Assembly: GCA_964016885.1 (NCBI GenBank)
Contig: OZ024742.1
Span: 376,464,001-376,528,000 of the forward strand
Reading direction: 5' to 3'
Source of the DNA: Eledone cirrhosa
Taxonomy: Eukaryota
DNA length: 64,000 nt
In this document: piece after piece, positions 39,693-57,600 of the stretch
How the letters are laid out: each line of letters begins with the position of its first letter
Numbering within the stretch: position 1 is the first letter of the stretch
Program-made: the position numbers and the translations under genes
The notes under the pieces: generated by a model
Told to the model about the DNA's origin: nothing
What the model saw: the letters and a program-made list of their open reading frames with translations, nothing else
Database searches by the model: none

Positions 39693-42600
39693 AGACAGAG
39701 TGTAATATAATAATACAGACAGAGTGTAATATAATAATACAGACAGAGTGTAATATAATAATACAGTGAGAGTGTAATATAATAATACAGACAGAGTGTA
39801 ATATAATAATACAGTGAGAGTGTAATATAATAATACAGACAGAGTGTAATATAATAATACAGACAGAGTGTAATATAATAATACAGACAGAGTGTAATAT
39901 AACAATACAGACAGAGTGTAATATAATAATACAGACAGGGTGTAATATATTAATACAGTGAGAGTGTAATATAATAATACAGACAGAGTGTAATATAATA
40001 ATAGAGACAGAGTGTAATATAATAATACAGAGAGTGTAATATAATAATACAGACAGAGTGTAATATAATAATACAGACAGGGTGTAATATATTAATACAG
40101 TGAGAGTGTAATATAATAATACAGACAGAGTGTAATATAATAATACAGACAGAGTGTAATATAATAATACAGACAGAGTGTAATATAATAATAGAGACAG
40201 AGTGTAATATAATAATACAGACAGAGTGTAATATATTAATACAGACAGAGTGTAATATAATAATAGAGACAGAGTGTAATATAATAATAGAGACAGAGTG
40301 TAATATAACAATACAGACAGAGTGTAATATACTAATACAGACAGAGTGTAATATAATAATACAGACAGAGTGTAATATAATAATAGAGACAGAGTGTAAT
40401 ATACTAATACAGACAGAGTGTAATATACTAATACAGACAGAGTGTAATATAATAATACAGACAGAGTGTAATATAATAATACAGACAGAGTGTAATATAA
40501 TAATACAGACAGAGTGTAATATAATAATACAGACAGAGTGTAATATAATAATAGAGACAGAGTGTAATATATTAATACAGACAGAGTGTAATATAATAAT
40601 ACAGAGTGTGTAATATAATAATACAGACAGAGTGTAATATAATAATACAGACAGAGTGTAATATAATAATACAGACAGAGTGTAATATATTAATACAGAC
40701 AGAGTGTAATATAATAATACAGAGAGTGTAATATAATAATACAGACAGAGTGTAATATAATAATACAGACAGAGTGTAATATATTAATACAGACAGAGTG
40801 TAATATAATAATACAGAGAGTGTAATATAATAATACAGACAGAGTGTAATATAATAATACAGACAGAGTGTAATATAATAATACAGACAGAGTGTAATAT
40901 AATAATAGAGACAGAGTGTAATATAATAATACAGACAGAGTGTAATATAATAATACAGACAGAGTGTAATATAATAATAGAGACAGAGTGTAATATAATA
41001 ATACAGACAGAGTGTGATATAATAATACAGACAGAGTGTAATATAATAATACAGACAGAGTGTAATATAATAATAGAGACAGAGTGTAATATAATAATAC
41101 AGACAGAGTGTAATATAATAATACAGACAAAGTGTAATATAATAATACAGACAGAGTGTAATATAACAATACAGACAGAGTGTAATATAACAATACAGAC
41201 ATAGTGTAATATAATAATACAGACCGAGTGTAATATAATAATACAGACAGAGTGTAATATAATAATACAGACACAGTGTAATATAATAATACAGAGAGTG
41301 TAATATAATAATACAGACAGAGTGTAATATAATAATAAAGAGAGTGTGTAATATAATAATACAGACAGAGTGTAATATAATAATACAGTGAGAGTGTAAT
41401 ATAATAATACAGACAGAGTGTAATATAATAATACAGACAGAGTGTAATATAATAATACAGAGAGTGTAATATAATAATACAGACAGAGTGTAATATAATA
41501 ATACAGACAGAGTGTAATATAATAATACAGACAGAGTGTAATATAATAATACAGAGAGTGTAATATAACAATACAGACAGAGTGTAATATAATAATACAG
41601 ACAAAGTGTAATATAATAATACAGACAGAGTGTAATATAATAATACAGACAGAGTGTAATATAATAATACAGTGAGAGTGTAATATAATAATACAGACAG
41701 AGTGTAATATAATAATACAGACAGAGTGTAATATAACAATACAGACAGAGTGTAATATAATAATACAGACAGAGTGTAATATAATAATACAGACAGAGTG
41801 TAATATAATAATACAGACAGAGTGTAATATAACAATACAGAGAGTGTAATATAATAATACAGACAGAGTGTAATATAATAATACAGACAGAGTGTAATAT
41901 AATAATACAGACAGAGTGTAATATAATAATACAGACAGAGTGTAATATAATAATACAGACAGAGTGTAATATAACAATACAGACAGAGTGTAATATAATA
42001 ATACAGAGAGTGTAATATAATAATACAGACAGAGTGTAATATAATAATACAGACAGAGTGTAATATAACAATACAGAGAGTGTAATATAATAATACAGAC
42101 AGAGTGTAATATAACAATAAAGACAGAGTGTAATATAATAATACAGAGAGTGTAATATAATAATACAGACAGAGTGTAATATATTAATACAGACAGAGTG
42201 TAATATAACAATACAGACAGAGTGTAATATAATAATACAGACATAGTGTAATATAATAATACAGACAGAGTGTAATATAACAATACAGACATAGTGTAAT
42301 ATAATAATACAGACAGAGTGTAATATAATAATACAGACAGAGTGTAATATAATAATACAGACAGAGTGTAATATATTAATACAGACAGAGTGTAATATAA
42401 TAATACAGAGAGTGTAATATAATAATACAGACAGAGTGTAATATAATAATAAAGAGAGTGTGTAATATAATAATACAGACAGAGTGTAATATAATAATAC
42501 AGTGAGAGTGTAATATAATAATACAGACAGAGTGTAATATAATAATACAGACAGAGTGTAATATAATAATACAGAGAGTGTAATATAACAATACAGACAG

Positions 42601-45600
42601 AGTATAATATAATAATACAGACAAAGTGTAATATAATAATACAGACAGAGTGTAATATAATAATACAGAGAGTGTAATATAATAATACAGACAGAGTGTA
42701 ATATAATAATACAGTGAGAGTGTAATATAATAATACAGACAGAGTGTAATATAATAATACAGACAGAGTGTAATATAACAATACAGACAGAGTGTAATAT
42801 AATAATACAGACAGAGTGTAATATAACAATACAGACAGTGTAATATAATAATACAGACAGAGTGTAATATAATAATACAGACAGAGTGTAATATAACAAT
42901 ACAGACAGAGTGTAATATAATAATACAGAGAGTGTAATATAATAATACAGACAGAGTGTAATATAATAATACAGACAGAGTGTAATATAACAATACAGAG
43001 AGTGTAATATAATAATACAGACAGAGTGTAATATAACAATACAGACGGAGTGTAATATAATAATACAGAGAGTGTAATATAACAATACAGACAGAGTGTA
43101 ATATAATAATACAGACAGAGTGTAATATAACAATACAGACAGAGTGTAATATAATAATACAGACAGAGTGTAATATAATAATACAGACAGAGTGTAATAT
43201 AATAATACAGGGAGTGTAATATAATAATACAGACAGAGTGTAATATAACAATACAGACAGAGTGTAATATAATAATACAGAGTGTAATATAACAATACAG
43301 ACAGAGTGTAATATAATAATACAGACAGAGTGTAATATAATAATACAGACAGAGTGTAATATAATAATACAGACAGAGTGTAATATAATAATACAGACAG
43401 AGTGTAATATAACAATACAGACAGAGTGTAATATAATAATACAGAGAGTGTAATATAACAATACAGACAGAGTGTAATATAATAATACAGACAGAGTGTA
43501 ATATAACAATACAGACAGAGTGTAATATAATAATACAGACAGAGTGTAATATAATAATACAGACAGAGTGTAATATAATAATACAGAGAGTGTAATATAA
43601 TAATACAGACAGAGTGTAATATAATAATACAGAGTGTAATATAACAATACAGACAGAGTGTAATATAATAATACAGACAGAGTGTAATATAATAATACAG
43701 ACAGAGTGTAATATAACAATACAGACAGAGTGTAATATAATAATACAGAGAGTGTGTAATATAATAATACAGACAGAGTGTAATATAATAATACAGACAG
43801 AGTGTAATATAATAATACAGACAGAGTGTAATACAATAATACAGACAGAGTGTAATATAATAATACAGACAGAGTGTAATATAATAATACATACAGAGTG
43901 TAATATAACAATACAGACAGAGTGTAATATAATAATACAGAGAGTGTGTAATATAATAATACAGACAGAGTGTAATATAATAATACAGACAGAGTGTAAT
44001 ATAATCATACAGACAGAGTGTAATATATTAATACAGACAGAGTGTAATATAATAATACAGAGAGTCTAATATAATAATACAGACAGAGTGTAATATAATA
44101 ATACAGACAGAGTGTAATATATTAATACAGACAGAGTGTAATATAACAATACAGAGAGTCTAATATAATAATACAGACAGAGTGTAATATAATAATACAG
44201 ACAGAGTGTAATATATTAATACAGACAGAGTGTAATATAACAATACAGAGAGTGTAATATAATAATACAGAGTGTGTAATATAATAATACAGACAGATTG
44301 TAATATAATAATACAGACAGAGTGTAATATAATAATACAGACAGAGTGTAATATAATAATACAGTGAGAGTGTAATATAATAATACAGACAGAGTGTAAT
44401 ATAATAATACAGACAGAGTGTAATATAACAATACAGACAGAGTGTAATATAATAATACAGACAGAGTGTAATATAACAATACAGACAGAGTGTAATATAA
44501 TAATACAGACAGAGTGTAATATAATAATACAGACAGAGTGTAATATAATAATACAGACAGGGTGTAATATAATAATACAGAGAGTGAAATATAATAATAC
44601 AGACAGAGTGTAATATATTAATACAGACAGAGTGTAATATAATAATACAGAGAGTGTAATATAATAATACAGACAGAGTGTAATATAATAATACAGACAG
44701 TGTAATATAATAATACAGACAGAGTGTAATATAACAATACAGACAGAGTGTAATATAATAATACAGACAGAGTGTAATATAATAATACAGAGAGTGTAAT
44801 ATAATAATACAGACAGAGTGTAATATATTAATACAGACAGAGTGTAATATATTAATACAGACAGAGTGTAATATAATAATACAGACAGAGTGTAATATAA
44901 TAATACAGAGAGTGTGTAATATGATAATACAGAGTGTGTAATATAATAATACAGAGAGTGTAATATAATAATACAGACAGAGTGTAATATAGTAATACAG
45001 ACAGAGTGTAATATATTAATACAGACAGAGTGTAATATAATAATACAGACAGAGTGTAATATAATAATACAGAGAGTGTGTAATATAATAATACAGAGTG
45101 TGTAATATAATAATACAGACAGAGTGTAATATAATAATACAGAGAGTGTAATATAACAATACAGACAGAGTGTAATATAATAATACAGACAGAGTGTAAT
45201 ATAATAATACATAGAGAGTGTAATATAATAATACAGAGAGTGTAATATAATAATACAGACAGAGTGTAATATAATAATACAGACAGATTGTAATATAATA
45301 ATACAGAGTGTGTAATATAATAATACAGACAGAGTGTAATATAATAATACAGTCAGATTGTAATATAATAATACAGACAGAGTGTAATATAATAATACAG
45401 ATAGAGTGTAATATAATAATACAGACAGAGTGTAATATAATAATACAGAGAGTGTAATATAATATTGCAGACAGAGTGTAATATAATAATACAGACAGAG
45501 TGTAATATAATAATACAGACAGAGTGTAATATAATAATACAGACAGAGTGTAATATAATAATACAGACAGAGTGTAATATAATAATACAGAGAGTGTAAT

Positions 45601-48600
45601 ATAATAATACAGATAGAGTGTAATATAATAATACAGACAGAGTGTAATATAATAATACAGATAGAGTGTAATATAATAATACAGATAGAGTGTAATATAA
45701 TAATACAGAGTGTGTAATATAATAATACAGACAGAGTGTAATATAATAATACAGTCAGAGTGTAATATAATAATACAGACAGAGTGTAATATAATAATAC
45801 AGATAGAGTGTAATATAATAATACAGACAGAGTGTAATATAATAATAGAGACAGAGTGTAATATAATAATACAGACAGAGTGTAATATATTAATACAGAC
45901 AGAGTGTAATATAATAATACAGAGAGTGTAATATAATAATACAGAGTGTGTAATATAATAATACATACAGAGTGTAATATAATAATACAGACAGAGTGTA
46001 ATATAATAATACAGACAGGGTGTAATATAATAATACAGACAGAGTGTAATATAATAATACAGACAGAGTGTAATATAATAATACAGACAGAGTGTAATAT
46101 AACAATACAGACAGAGTGTAATATAACAATACAGACAGAGTGTAATATAATAATACAGACAGAGTGTAGTATAACAATACAGACAGAGTGTAATATAATA
46201 ATACAGACAGAGTGTAATATAATAATACAGACAGAGTGTAATATAATAATACAGAGAGTGTAATATAATATTACAGACAGAGTGTAATATAATAATACAG
46301 ACAGAGTGTAATATAATAATACAGAGAGTGTAATATAATATTACAGACAGAGTGTAATATAATAATACAGACAGAGTGTAATATAATAATACAGAGAGTG
46401 TAATATAATATTACAGACAGAGTGTAATATAATAATACAGACAGAGTGTAATATAATAATACAGACAGAGTGTAATATAATAATACAGACAGAGTGTAAT
46501 ATAATAATACAGAGAGTGTAATATAATAATACAGACAGAGTGTAATATAATAATACAGACAGAGTGTAATATAATAATACAGATAGAGTGTAATATAATA
46601 ATACAGACAGAGTGTAATATAATAATACAGATAGAGTGTAATATAATAATACAGACAGAGTGTAATATAATAATACAGACAGAGTGTAATATAATAATAC
46701 AGACAGAGTGTAATATAATAATACAGAGAGTGTGTAATATAATAATACAGAGTGTGTAATATAATAATACAGACAGAGTGTAATATAATAATACAGAGAG
46801 TGTAATATAACAATACAGACAGAGTGTAATATAATAATACAGACAGAGTGTAATATAATAATACATAGAGAGTGTAATATAATAATACAGAGAGTGTAAT
46901 ATAATAATACAGACAGAGTGTAATATAATAATACAGACAGATTGTAATATAATAATACAGAGTGTGTAATATAATAATACAGACAGAGTGTAATATAATA
47001 ATACAGTCAGAGTGTAATATAATAATACAGACAGAGTGTAATATAATAATACAGATAGAGTGTAATATAATAATACAGACAGAGTGTAATATAATAATAC
47101 AGAGAGTGTAATATAATATTGCAGACAGAGTGTAATATAATAATACAGACAGAGTGTAATATAATAATACAGACAGAGTGTAATATAATAATACAGACAG
47201 AGTGTAATATAATAATACAGATAGAGTGTAATATAATAATACAGACAGAGTGTAATATAATAATACAGAGAGTGTAATATAATAATACAGACAGAGTGTA
47301 ATATAATAATACAGACAGAGTGTAATATAATAATACAGAGAGTGTAATATAATAATACAGACAGAGTGTAATATAATAATACAGACAGAGTGTAATATAA
47401 TAATACAGATAGAGTGTAATATAATAATACAGACAGAGTGTAATATAATAATACAGATAGAGTGTAATATAATAATACAGACAGAGTGTAATATAATAAT
47501 ACAGACAGAGTGTAATATAATAATACAGACAGAGTTTAATATAATAATACAGAGAGTGTAATATAATAATACAGAGAGTGTAATATAATAATACAGACAG
47601 AGTGTAATATATTAATACAGACAGAGTGTAATATAATAATACAGACAGAGTTTAATATAATAATACATAGAGTGTAATATAATAATACAGACAGACTGTA
47701 ATATAATAATACAGATAGAGTGTAATATAATAATACAGACAGAGTGTAATATAATAAGACAGACAACGTGTAATATAATAATACAGACAGAGTGTAATAT
47801 AATAATACAGAGAGAGAGTAATATAATAATACAGACAGAGTGTAATATAATAATACAGACAGAGTGTAATATATTAATACAGACAGAGTGTAATATAATA
47901 ATACAGAGAGTGTAATATAATAATACAGACAGAGTGTAATATAATAATACAGACAGAGTGTAATATAATAATAGAGACAGAGTGTAATATAATAATACAG
48001 ACAGAGTGTAATATATTAATACAGACAGAGTGTAATATAATAATACAGAGAGTGTAATATAATAATACAGAGTGTGTAATATAATAATACAGACATATTG
48101 TAATATAATAATACATACAGAGTGTAATATAATAATACAGACAGAGTGTAATATAATAATACAGACAGGGTGTAATATAATAATACAGACAGAGTGTAAT
48201 ATAATAATACAGAGAGTGTAATATAACAATACAGACAGAGTGTAATATAATAATACAGACAGAGTGTAATATAATAATACATAGAGAGTGTAATATAATA
48301 ATACAGAGAGTGTAATATAATAATACAGACAGAGTGTAATATAATAATACAGACAGAGTGTAATATAACAATACAGACAGAGTGTAATATAACAATACAG
48401 ACAGAGTGTAATATAACAATACAGACAGAGTGTAATATAATAATACAGACAGAGTGTAATATAATAATACAGACAGAGTGTAATATAACAATACAGACAG
48501 AGTGTAATATAATAATACAGAGAGTGTGATATAATAATACAGACAGAGTGTAATATAATAATACAGACAGAGTGTAATATAATAATACAGACAGAGTGTA

Positions 48601-51600
48601 ATATATTAATACAGACAGAGTGTAATATAATAATACAGAGAGTGTAATATAATAATACAGACAGAGTGTAATATAATAATAAAGAGAGTGTGTAATATAA
48701 TAATACAGACAGAGTGTAATATAATAATACAGTGAGAGTGTAATATAATAATACAGACAGAGTGTAATATAATAATACAGACAGAGTGTAATATAATAAT
48801 ACAGAGAGTGTAATATAACAATACAGACAGAGTGTAATATAATAATACAGACAAAGTGTAATATAATAATACAGACAGAGTGTAATATAATAATACAGAC
48901 AGAGTGTAATATAATAATACAGTGAGAGTGTAATATAATAATACAGACAGAGTGTAATATAATAATACAGACAGAGTGTAATATAACAATACAGACAGAG
49001 TGTAATATAATAATACAGACAGAGTGTAATATAACAATACAGACAGTGTAATATAATAATACAGACAGAGTGTAATATAATAATACAGACAGAGTGTAAT
49101 ATAACAATACAGACAGAGTGTAATATAATAATACAGAGAGTGTAATATAATAATACAGACAGAGTGTAATATAATAATACAGACAGAGTGTAATATAACA
49201 ATACAGAGAGTGTAATATAATAATACAGACAGAGTGTAATATAACAATACAGACGGAGTGTAATATAATAATACAGAGAGTGTAATATAATAATACAGAC
49301 AGAGTGTAATATAATAATACAGACAGAGTGTAATATAACAATACAGACAGAGTGTAATATAATAATACAGAGAGTGTAATATAACAATACAGACAGAGTG
49401 TAATATAATAATACAGACAGAGTGTAATATAACAATACAGACAGAGTGTAATATAATAATACAGAGAGTGTAATATAACAATACAGACAGAGTGTAATAT
49501 AATAATACAGACAGAGTGTAATATAACAATACAGACAGAGTGTAATATAATAATACAGACAGAGTGTAATATAATAATACAGACAGAGTGTAATATAATA
49601 ATACAGGGAGTGTAATATAATAATACAGACAGAGTGTAATATAACAATACAGACAGAGTGTAATATAATAATACAGAGTGTAATATAACAATACAGACAG
49701 AGTGTAATATAATAGTACAGACAGAGTGTAATATAATAATACAGACAGAGTGTAATATAATAATACAGACAGAGTGTAATATAATAATACAGACAGAGTG
49801 TAATATAACAATACAGACAGAGTGTAATATAATAATACAGAGAGTGTAATATAACAATACAGACAGAGTGTAATATAATAATACAGACAGAGTGTAATAT
49901 AACAATACAGACAGAGTGTAATATAATAATACAGACAGAGTGTAATATAATAATACAGACAGAGTGTAATATAATAATACAGAGAGTGTAATATAATAAT
50001 ACAGACAGAGTGTAATATAATAATACAGAGTGTAATATAACAATACAGACAGAGTGTAATATAATAATACAGACAGAGTGTAATATAATAATACAGACAG
50101 AGTGTAATATAACAATACAGACAGAGTGTAATATAATAATACAGAGAGTGTGTAATATAATAATACAGACAGAGTGTAATATAATAATACAGACAGAGTG
50201 TAATATAATAATACAGACAGAGTGTAATACAATAATACAGACAGAGTGTAATATAATAATACAGACAGAGTGTAATATAATAATACATACAGAGTGTAAT
50301 ATAACAATACAGACAGAGTGTAATATAATAATACAGAGAGTGTGTAATATAATAATACAGACAGAGTGTAATATAATAATACAGACAGAGTGTAATATAA
50401 TCATACAGACAGAGTGTAATATATTAATACAGACAGAGTGTAATATAATAATACAGAGAGTCTAATATAATAATACAGACAGAGTGTAATATAATAATAC
50501 AGACAGAGTGTAATATATTAATACAGACAGAGTGTAATATAACAATACAGAGAGTCTAATATAATAATACAGACATAGTGTAATATAATAATACAGACAG
50601 AGTGTAATATATTAATACAGACAGAGTGTAATATAACAATACAGAGAGTGTAATATAATAATACAGAGTGTGTAATATAATAATACAGACAGATTGTAAT
50701 ATAATAATACAGACAGAGTGTAATATAATAATACAGACAGAGTGTAATATAATAATACAGTGAGAGTGTAATATAATAATACAGACAGAGTGTAATATAA
50801 TAATACAGACAGAGTGTAATATAACAATACAGACAGAGTGTAATATAATAATACAGACAGAGTGTAATATAACAATACAGACAGAGTGTAATATAATAAT
50901 ACAGACAGAGTGTAATATAATAATACAGACAGAGTGTAATATAATAATACAGACAGGGTGTAATATAATAATACAGAGAGTGAAATATAATAATACAGAC
51001 AGAGTGTAATATATTAATACAGACAGAGTGTAATATAATAATACAGAGAGTGTAATATAATAATACAGACAGAGTGTAATATAATAATACAGACAGTGTA
51101 ATATAATAATACAGACAGAGTGTAATATAACAATACAGACAGAGTGTAATATAATAATACAGACAGAGTGTAATATAATAATACAGATAGAGTGTAATAT
51201 AATAATACAGACAGAGTGTAATATAATAATACAGAGAGTGTAATATAATATTGCAGACAGAGTGTAATATAATAATACAGACAGAGTGTAATATAATAAT
51301 ACAGACAGAGTGTAATATAATAATACAGACAGAGTGTAATATAATAATACAGACAGAGTGTAATATAATAATACAGAGAGTGTAATATAATAATACAGAC
51401 AGAGTGTAATATAATAATACAGACAGAGTGTAATATAATAATACAGATAGAGTGTAATATAATAATACAGACAGAGTGTAATATAATAATACAGATAGAG
51501 TGTAATATAATAATACAGATAGAGTGTAATATAATAATACAGAGTGTGTAATATAATAATACAGACAGAGTGTAATATAATAATACAGTCAGAGTGTAAT

Positions 51601-54600
51601 ATAATAATACAGACAGAGTGTAATATAATAATACAGATAGAGTGTAATATAATAATACAGACAGAGTGTAATATAACAATACAGACAGTGTAATATAATA
51701 ATACAGACAGAGTGTAATATAATAATACAGACAGAGTGTAATATAACAATACAGACAGAGTGTAATATAATAATACAGACAGAGTGTAATATAATAATAC
51801 AGACAGAGTGTAATATAATAATAGAGACAGAGTGTAATATAATAATACAGACAGAGTGTAATATATTAATACAGACAGAGTGTAATATAATAATACAGAG
51901 AGTGTAATATAATAATACAGAGTGTGTAATATAATAATACAGACATATTGTAATATAATAATACATACAGAGTGTAATATAATAATACAGACAGAGTGTA
52001 ATATAATAATACAGACAGGGTGTAATATAATAATACAGACAGAGTGTAATATAATAATACAGACAGAGTGTAATATAATAATACAGACAGAGTGTAATAT
52101 AACAATACAGACAGAGTGTAATATAACAATACAGACAGAGTGTAATATAATAATACAGACAGAGTGTAGTATAACAATACAGACAGAGTGTAATATAATA
52201 ATACAGACAGAGTGTAATATAATAATACAGACAGAGTGTAATATAATAATACAGAGAGTGTAATATAATATTACAGACAGAGTGTAATATAATAATACAG
52301 ACAGAGTGTAATATAATAATACAGAGAGTGTAATATAATATTACAGACAGAGTGTAATATAATAATACAGACAGAGTGTAATATAATAATACAGAGAGTG
52401 TAATATAATATTACAGACAGAGTGTAATATAATAATACAGACAGAGTGTAATATAATAATACAGACAGAGTGTAATATAATAATACAGAGAGTGTAATAT
52501 AATAATACAGACAGAGTGTAATATAATAATACAGACAGAGTGTAATATAATAATACAGATAGAGTGTAATATAATAATACAGACAGAGTGTAATATAATA
52601 ATACAGATAGAGTGTAATATAATAATACAGACAGAGTGTAATATAATAATACAGACAGAGTGTAATATAATAATACAGACAGAGTGTAATATAATAATAC
52701 AGAGAGTGTGTAATATAATAATACAGAGTGTGTAATATAATAATACAGACAGAGTGTAATATAATAATACAGAGAGTGTAATATAACAATACAGACAGAG
52801 TGTAATATAATAATACAGACAGAGTGTAATATAATAATACATAGAGAGTGTAATATAATAATACAGAGAGTGTAATATAATAATACAGACAGAGTGTAAT
52901 ATAATAATACAGACAGATTGTAATATAATAATACAGAGTGTGTAATATAATAATACAGACAGAGTGTAATATAATAATACAGTCAGAGTGTAATATAATA
53001 ATACAGACAGAGTGTAATATAATAATACAGATAGAGTGTAATATAATAATACAGACAGAGTGTAATATAATAATACAGAGAGTGTAATATAATATTGCAG
53101 ACAGAGTGTAATATAATAATACAGACAGAGTGTAATATAATAATACAGACAGAGTGTAATATAATAATACAGACAGAGTGTAATATAATAATACAGATAG
53201 AGTGTAATATAATAATACAGACAGAGTGTAATATAATAATACAGAGAGTGTAATATAATAATACAGACAGAGTGTAATATAATAATACAGACAGAGTGTA
53301 ATATAATAATACAGAGAGTGTAATATAATAATACAGACAGAGTGTAATATAATAATACAGACAGAGTGTAATATAATAATACAGATAGAGTGTAATATAA
53401 TAATACAGACAGAGTGTAATATAATAATACAGATAGAGTGTAATATAATAATACAGACAGAGTGTAATATAATAATACAGACAGAGTGTAATATAATAAT
53501 ACAGACAGAGTTTAATATAATAATACAGAGAGTGTAATATAATAATACAGAGAGTGTAATATAATAATACAGACAGAGTGTAATATATTAATACAGACAG
53601 AGTGTAATATAATAATACAGACAGAGTTTAATATAATAATACATAGAGTGTAATATAATAATACAGACAGACTGTAATATAATAATACAGATAGAGTGTA
53701 ATATAATAATACAGACAGAGTGTAATATAATAAGACAGACAACGTGTAATATAATAATACAGACAGAGTGTAATATAATAAGACAGACAACGTGTAATAT
53801 AATAATACAGACAGAGTGTAATATAATAATACAGACAGAGTGTAATATAATAATAGAGACAGAGTGTAATATAATAATACAGACAGAGTGTAATATATTA
53901 ATACAGACAGAGTGTAATATAATAATACAGAGAGTGTAATATAATAATACAGAGTGTGTAATATAATAATACAGACATATTGTAATATAATAATACATAC
54001 AGAGTGTAATATAATAATACAGACAGAGTGTAATATAATAATACAGACAGGGTGTAATATAATAATACAGACAGAGTGTAATATAATAATGCAGACAGAG
54101 TGTAATATAATAATACAGACAGAGTGTAATATAACAATACAGACAGAGTGTAATATAACAATACAGACAGAGTGTAATATAATAATACAGACAGAGTGTA
54201 GTATAACAATACAGACAGAGTGTAATATAATAATACAGACAGAGTGTAATATAATAATACAGAGAGTGTAATATAATATTACAGACAGAGTGTAATATAA
54301 TAATACAGACAGAGTGTAATATAATAATACAGAGAGTGTAATATAACAATACAGACAGAGTGTAATATAATAATACAGACAGAGTGTAATATAATAATAC
54401 ATAGAGAGTGTAATATAATAATACAGAGAGTGTAATATAATAATACAGACAGAGTGTAATATAATAATACAGACAGAGTGTAATATAACAATACAGACAG
54501 AGTGTAATATAACAATACAGACAGAGTGTAATATAACAATACAGACAGAGTGTAATATAATAATACAGACAGAGTGTAATATAATAATACAGACAGAGTG

Positions 54601-57600
54601 TAATATAACAATACAGACAGAGTGTAATATAATAATACAGAGAGTGTGATATAATAATACAGACAGAGTGTAATATAATAATACAGACAGAGTGTAATAT
54701 AACAATACAGAGAGTGTAATATAATAATACAGACAGAGTGTAATATAACAATACAGACGGAGTGTAATATAATAATACAGAGAGTGTAATATAACAATAC
54801 AGACAGAGTGTAATATAATAATACAGACAGAGTGTAATATAACAATACAGACATAGTGTAATATAATAATACAGACAGAGTGTAATATAATAATACAGAC
54901 AGAGTGTAATATAATAATACAGACAGAGTGTAATATAATAATACAGAGAGTGTAATATAATAATACAGACAGAGTGTAATATAATAATACAGAGAGTGTA
55001 ATATAATAATACAGACAGAGTGTAATATAATAATACAGAGAGTGTAATATAATAATACAGACAGAGTGTAATATAATAATACAGAGAGTGTAATATAATA
55101 ATACAGACAGAGTGTAATATAATAATACAGAGAGTGTAATATAATAATACAGACAGAGTGTAATATAACAATACAGACATAGTGTAATATAATAATACAG
55201 ACAGAGTGTAATATAATAATACAGACAGAGTGTAATATAACAATACAGACAGAGTGTAATATAATAATACAGAGTGTAATATAACAATACAGACAGAGTG
55301 TAATATAATAATACAGACAGAGTGTAATATAATAATACAGACAGAGTGTAATATAATAATACAGAGAGTGTGTAATATAATAATACAGACAGAGTGTAAT
55401 ATAATAATACAGACAGAGTGTAATATAATAATACAGACAGAGTGTAAAATAATAATACAGACAGAGTGTAATATAACAATACAGACAGAGTGTAATATAA
55501 TAATACAGAGAGTGTGTAATATAATAATACAGACAGAGTGTAATATAACAATACAGACAGAGTGTAATATAACAATACAGAGAGTGTAATATAACAATAC
55601 AGAGAGTGTAATATAATAATACAGACAGAGTGTAATATAATAATACAGACAGAGTGTAATATAATAATACAGACAGAGTGTAATATAATAATACAGACAG
55701 AGTGTAATATAATAATAGAGACAGAGTGTAATATAACAATACAGACAGAGTGTAATATAATAATACAGAGAGTGTAATATAACAATACAGACAGAGTGTA
55801 ATATAATAATACAGACAGAGTGTAATATAACAATACAGACAGAGTGTAATATAATAATACAGACAGAGTGTAATATAATATTGCAGACAGAGTGTAATAT
55901 AATAATACAGACAGAGTGTAATATAATAATACAGAGAGTGTAATATAATAATACAGACAGAGTGTAATATAATAATACAGACAGAGTGTAATATAATAAT
56001 ACAGAGAGTGTAATATAACAATACAGACAGAGTGTAATATAATAATACAGACAGAGTGTAATATAACAATACAGACAGAGTGTAATATAATAATACAGAC
56101 AGAGTGTAATATAATATTGCAGACAGAGTGTAATATAATAATACAGACAGAGTGTAATATAATAATACAGACAGAGTGTAATATAATAATACAGACAGAG
56201 TGTAATATAATAATACAGACAGAGTGTAATATAATAATACAGAGAGTGTAATATAATAATACAGACAGAGTGTAATATAATAATACAGACAGAGTGTAAT
56301 ATAATAATACAGATAGAGTGTAATATAATAATACAGACAGAGTGTAATATAATAATACAGATAGAGTGTAATATAATAATACAGAGTGTGTAATATAATA
56401 ATACAGACAGAGTGTAATATAATAATACAGTCAGAGTGTAATATAATAATACAGACAGAGTGTAATATAATAATACAGATAGAGTGTAATATAATAATAC
56501 AGACAGAGTGTAATATAATAATAGAGACAGAGTGTAATATAATAATACAGACAGAGTGTAATATATTAATACAGACAGAGTGTAATATAATAATACAGAG
56601 AGTGTAATATAATAATACAGAGTGTGTAATATAATAATACAGACATATTGTAATATAATAATACATACAGAGTGTAATATAATAATACAGACAGAGTGTA
56701 ATATAATAATACAGACAGGGTGTAATATAATAATACAGACAGAGTGTAATATAATAATACAGACAGAGTGTAATATAATAATACAGACAGAGTGTAATAT
56801 AACAATACAGACAGAGTGTAATATAACAATACAGACAGAGTGTAATATAATAATACAGACAGAGTGTAGTATAACAATACAGACAGAGTGTAATATAATA
56901 ATACAGACAGAGTGTAATATAATAATACAGACAGAGTGTAATATAATAATACAGAGAGTGTAATATAATATTACAGACAGAGTGTAATATAATAATACAG
57001 ACAGAGTGTAATATAATAATACAGAGAGTGTAATATAATATTACAGACAGAGTGTAATATAATAATACAGACAGAGTGTAATATAATAATACAGAGAGTG
57101 TAATATAATATTACAGACAGAGTGTAATATAATAATACAGACAGAGTGTAATATAATAATACAGACAGAGTGTAATATAATAATACAGACAGAGTGTAAT
57201 ATAATAATACAGAGAGTGTAATATAATAATACAGACAGAGTGTAATATAATAATACAGACAGAGTGTAATATAATAATACAGATAGAGTGTAATATAATA
57301 ATACAGACAGAGTGTAATATAATAATACAGATAGAGTGTAATATAATAATACAGACAGAGTGTAATATAATAATACAGACAGAGTGTAATATAATAATAC
57401 AGACAGAGTGTAATATAATAATACAGAGAGTGTGTAATATAATAATACAGAGTGTGTAATATAATAATACAGACAGAGTGTAATATAATAATACAGAGAG
57501 TGTAATATAACAATACAGACAGAGTGTAATATAATAATACAGACAGAGTGTAATATAATAATACATAGAGAGTGTAATATAATAATACAGAGAGTGTAAT

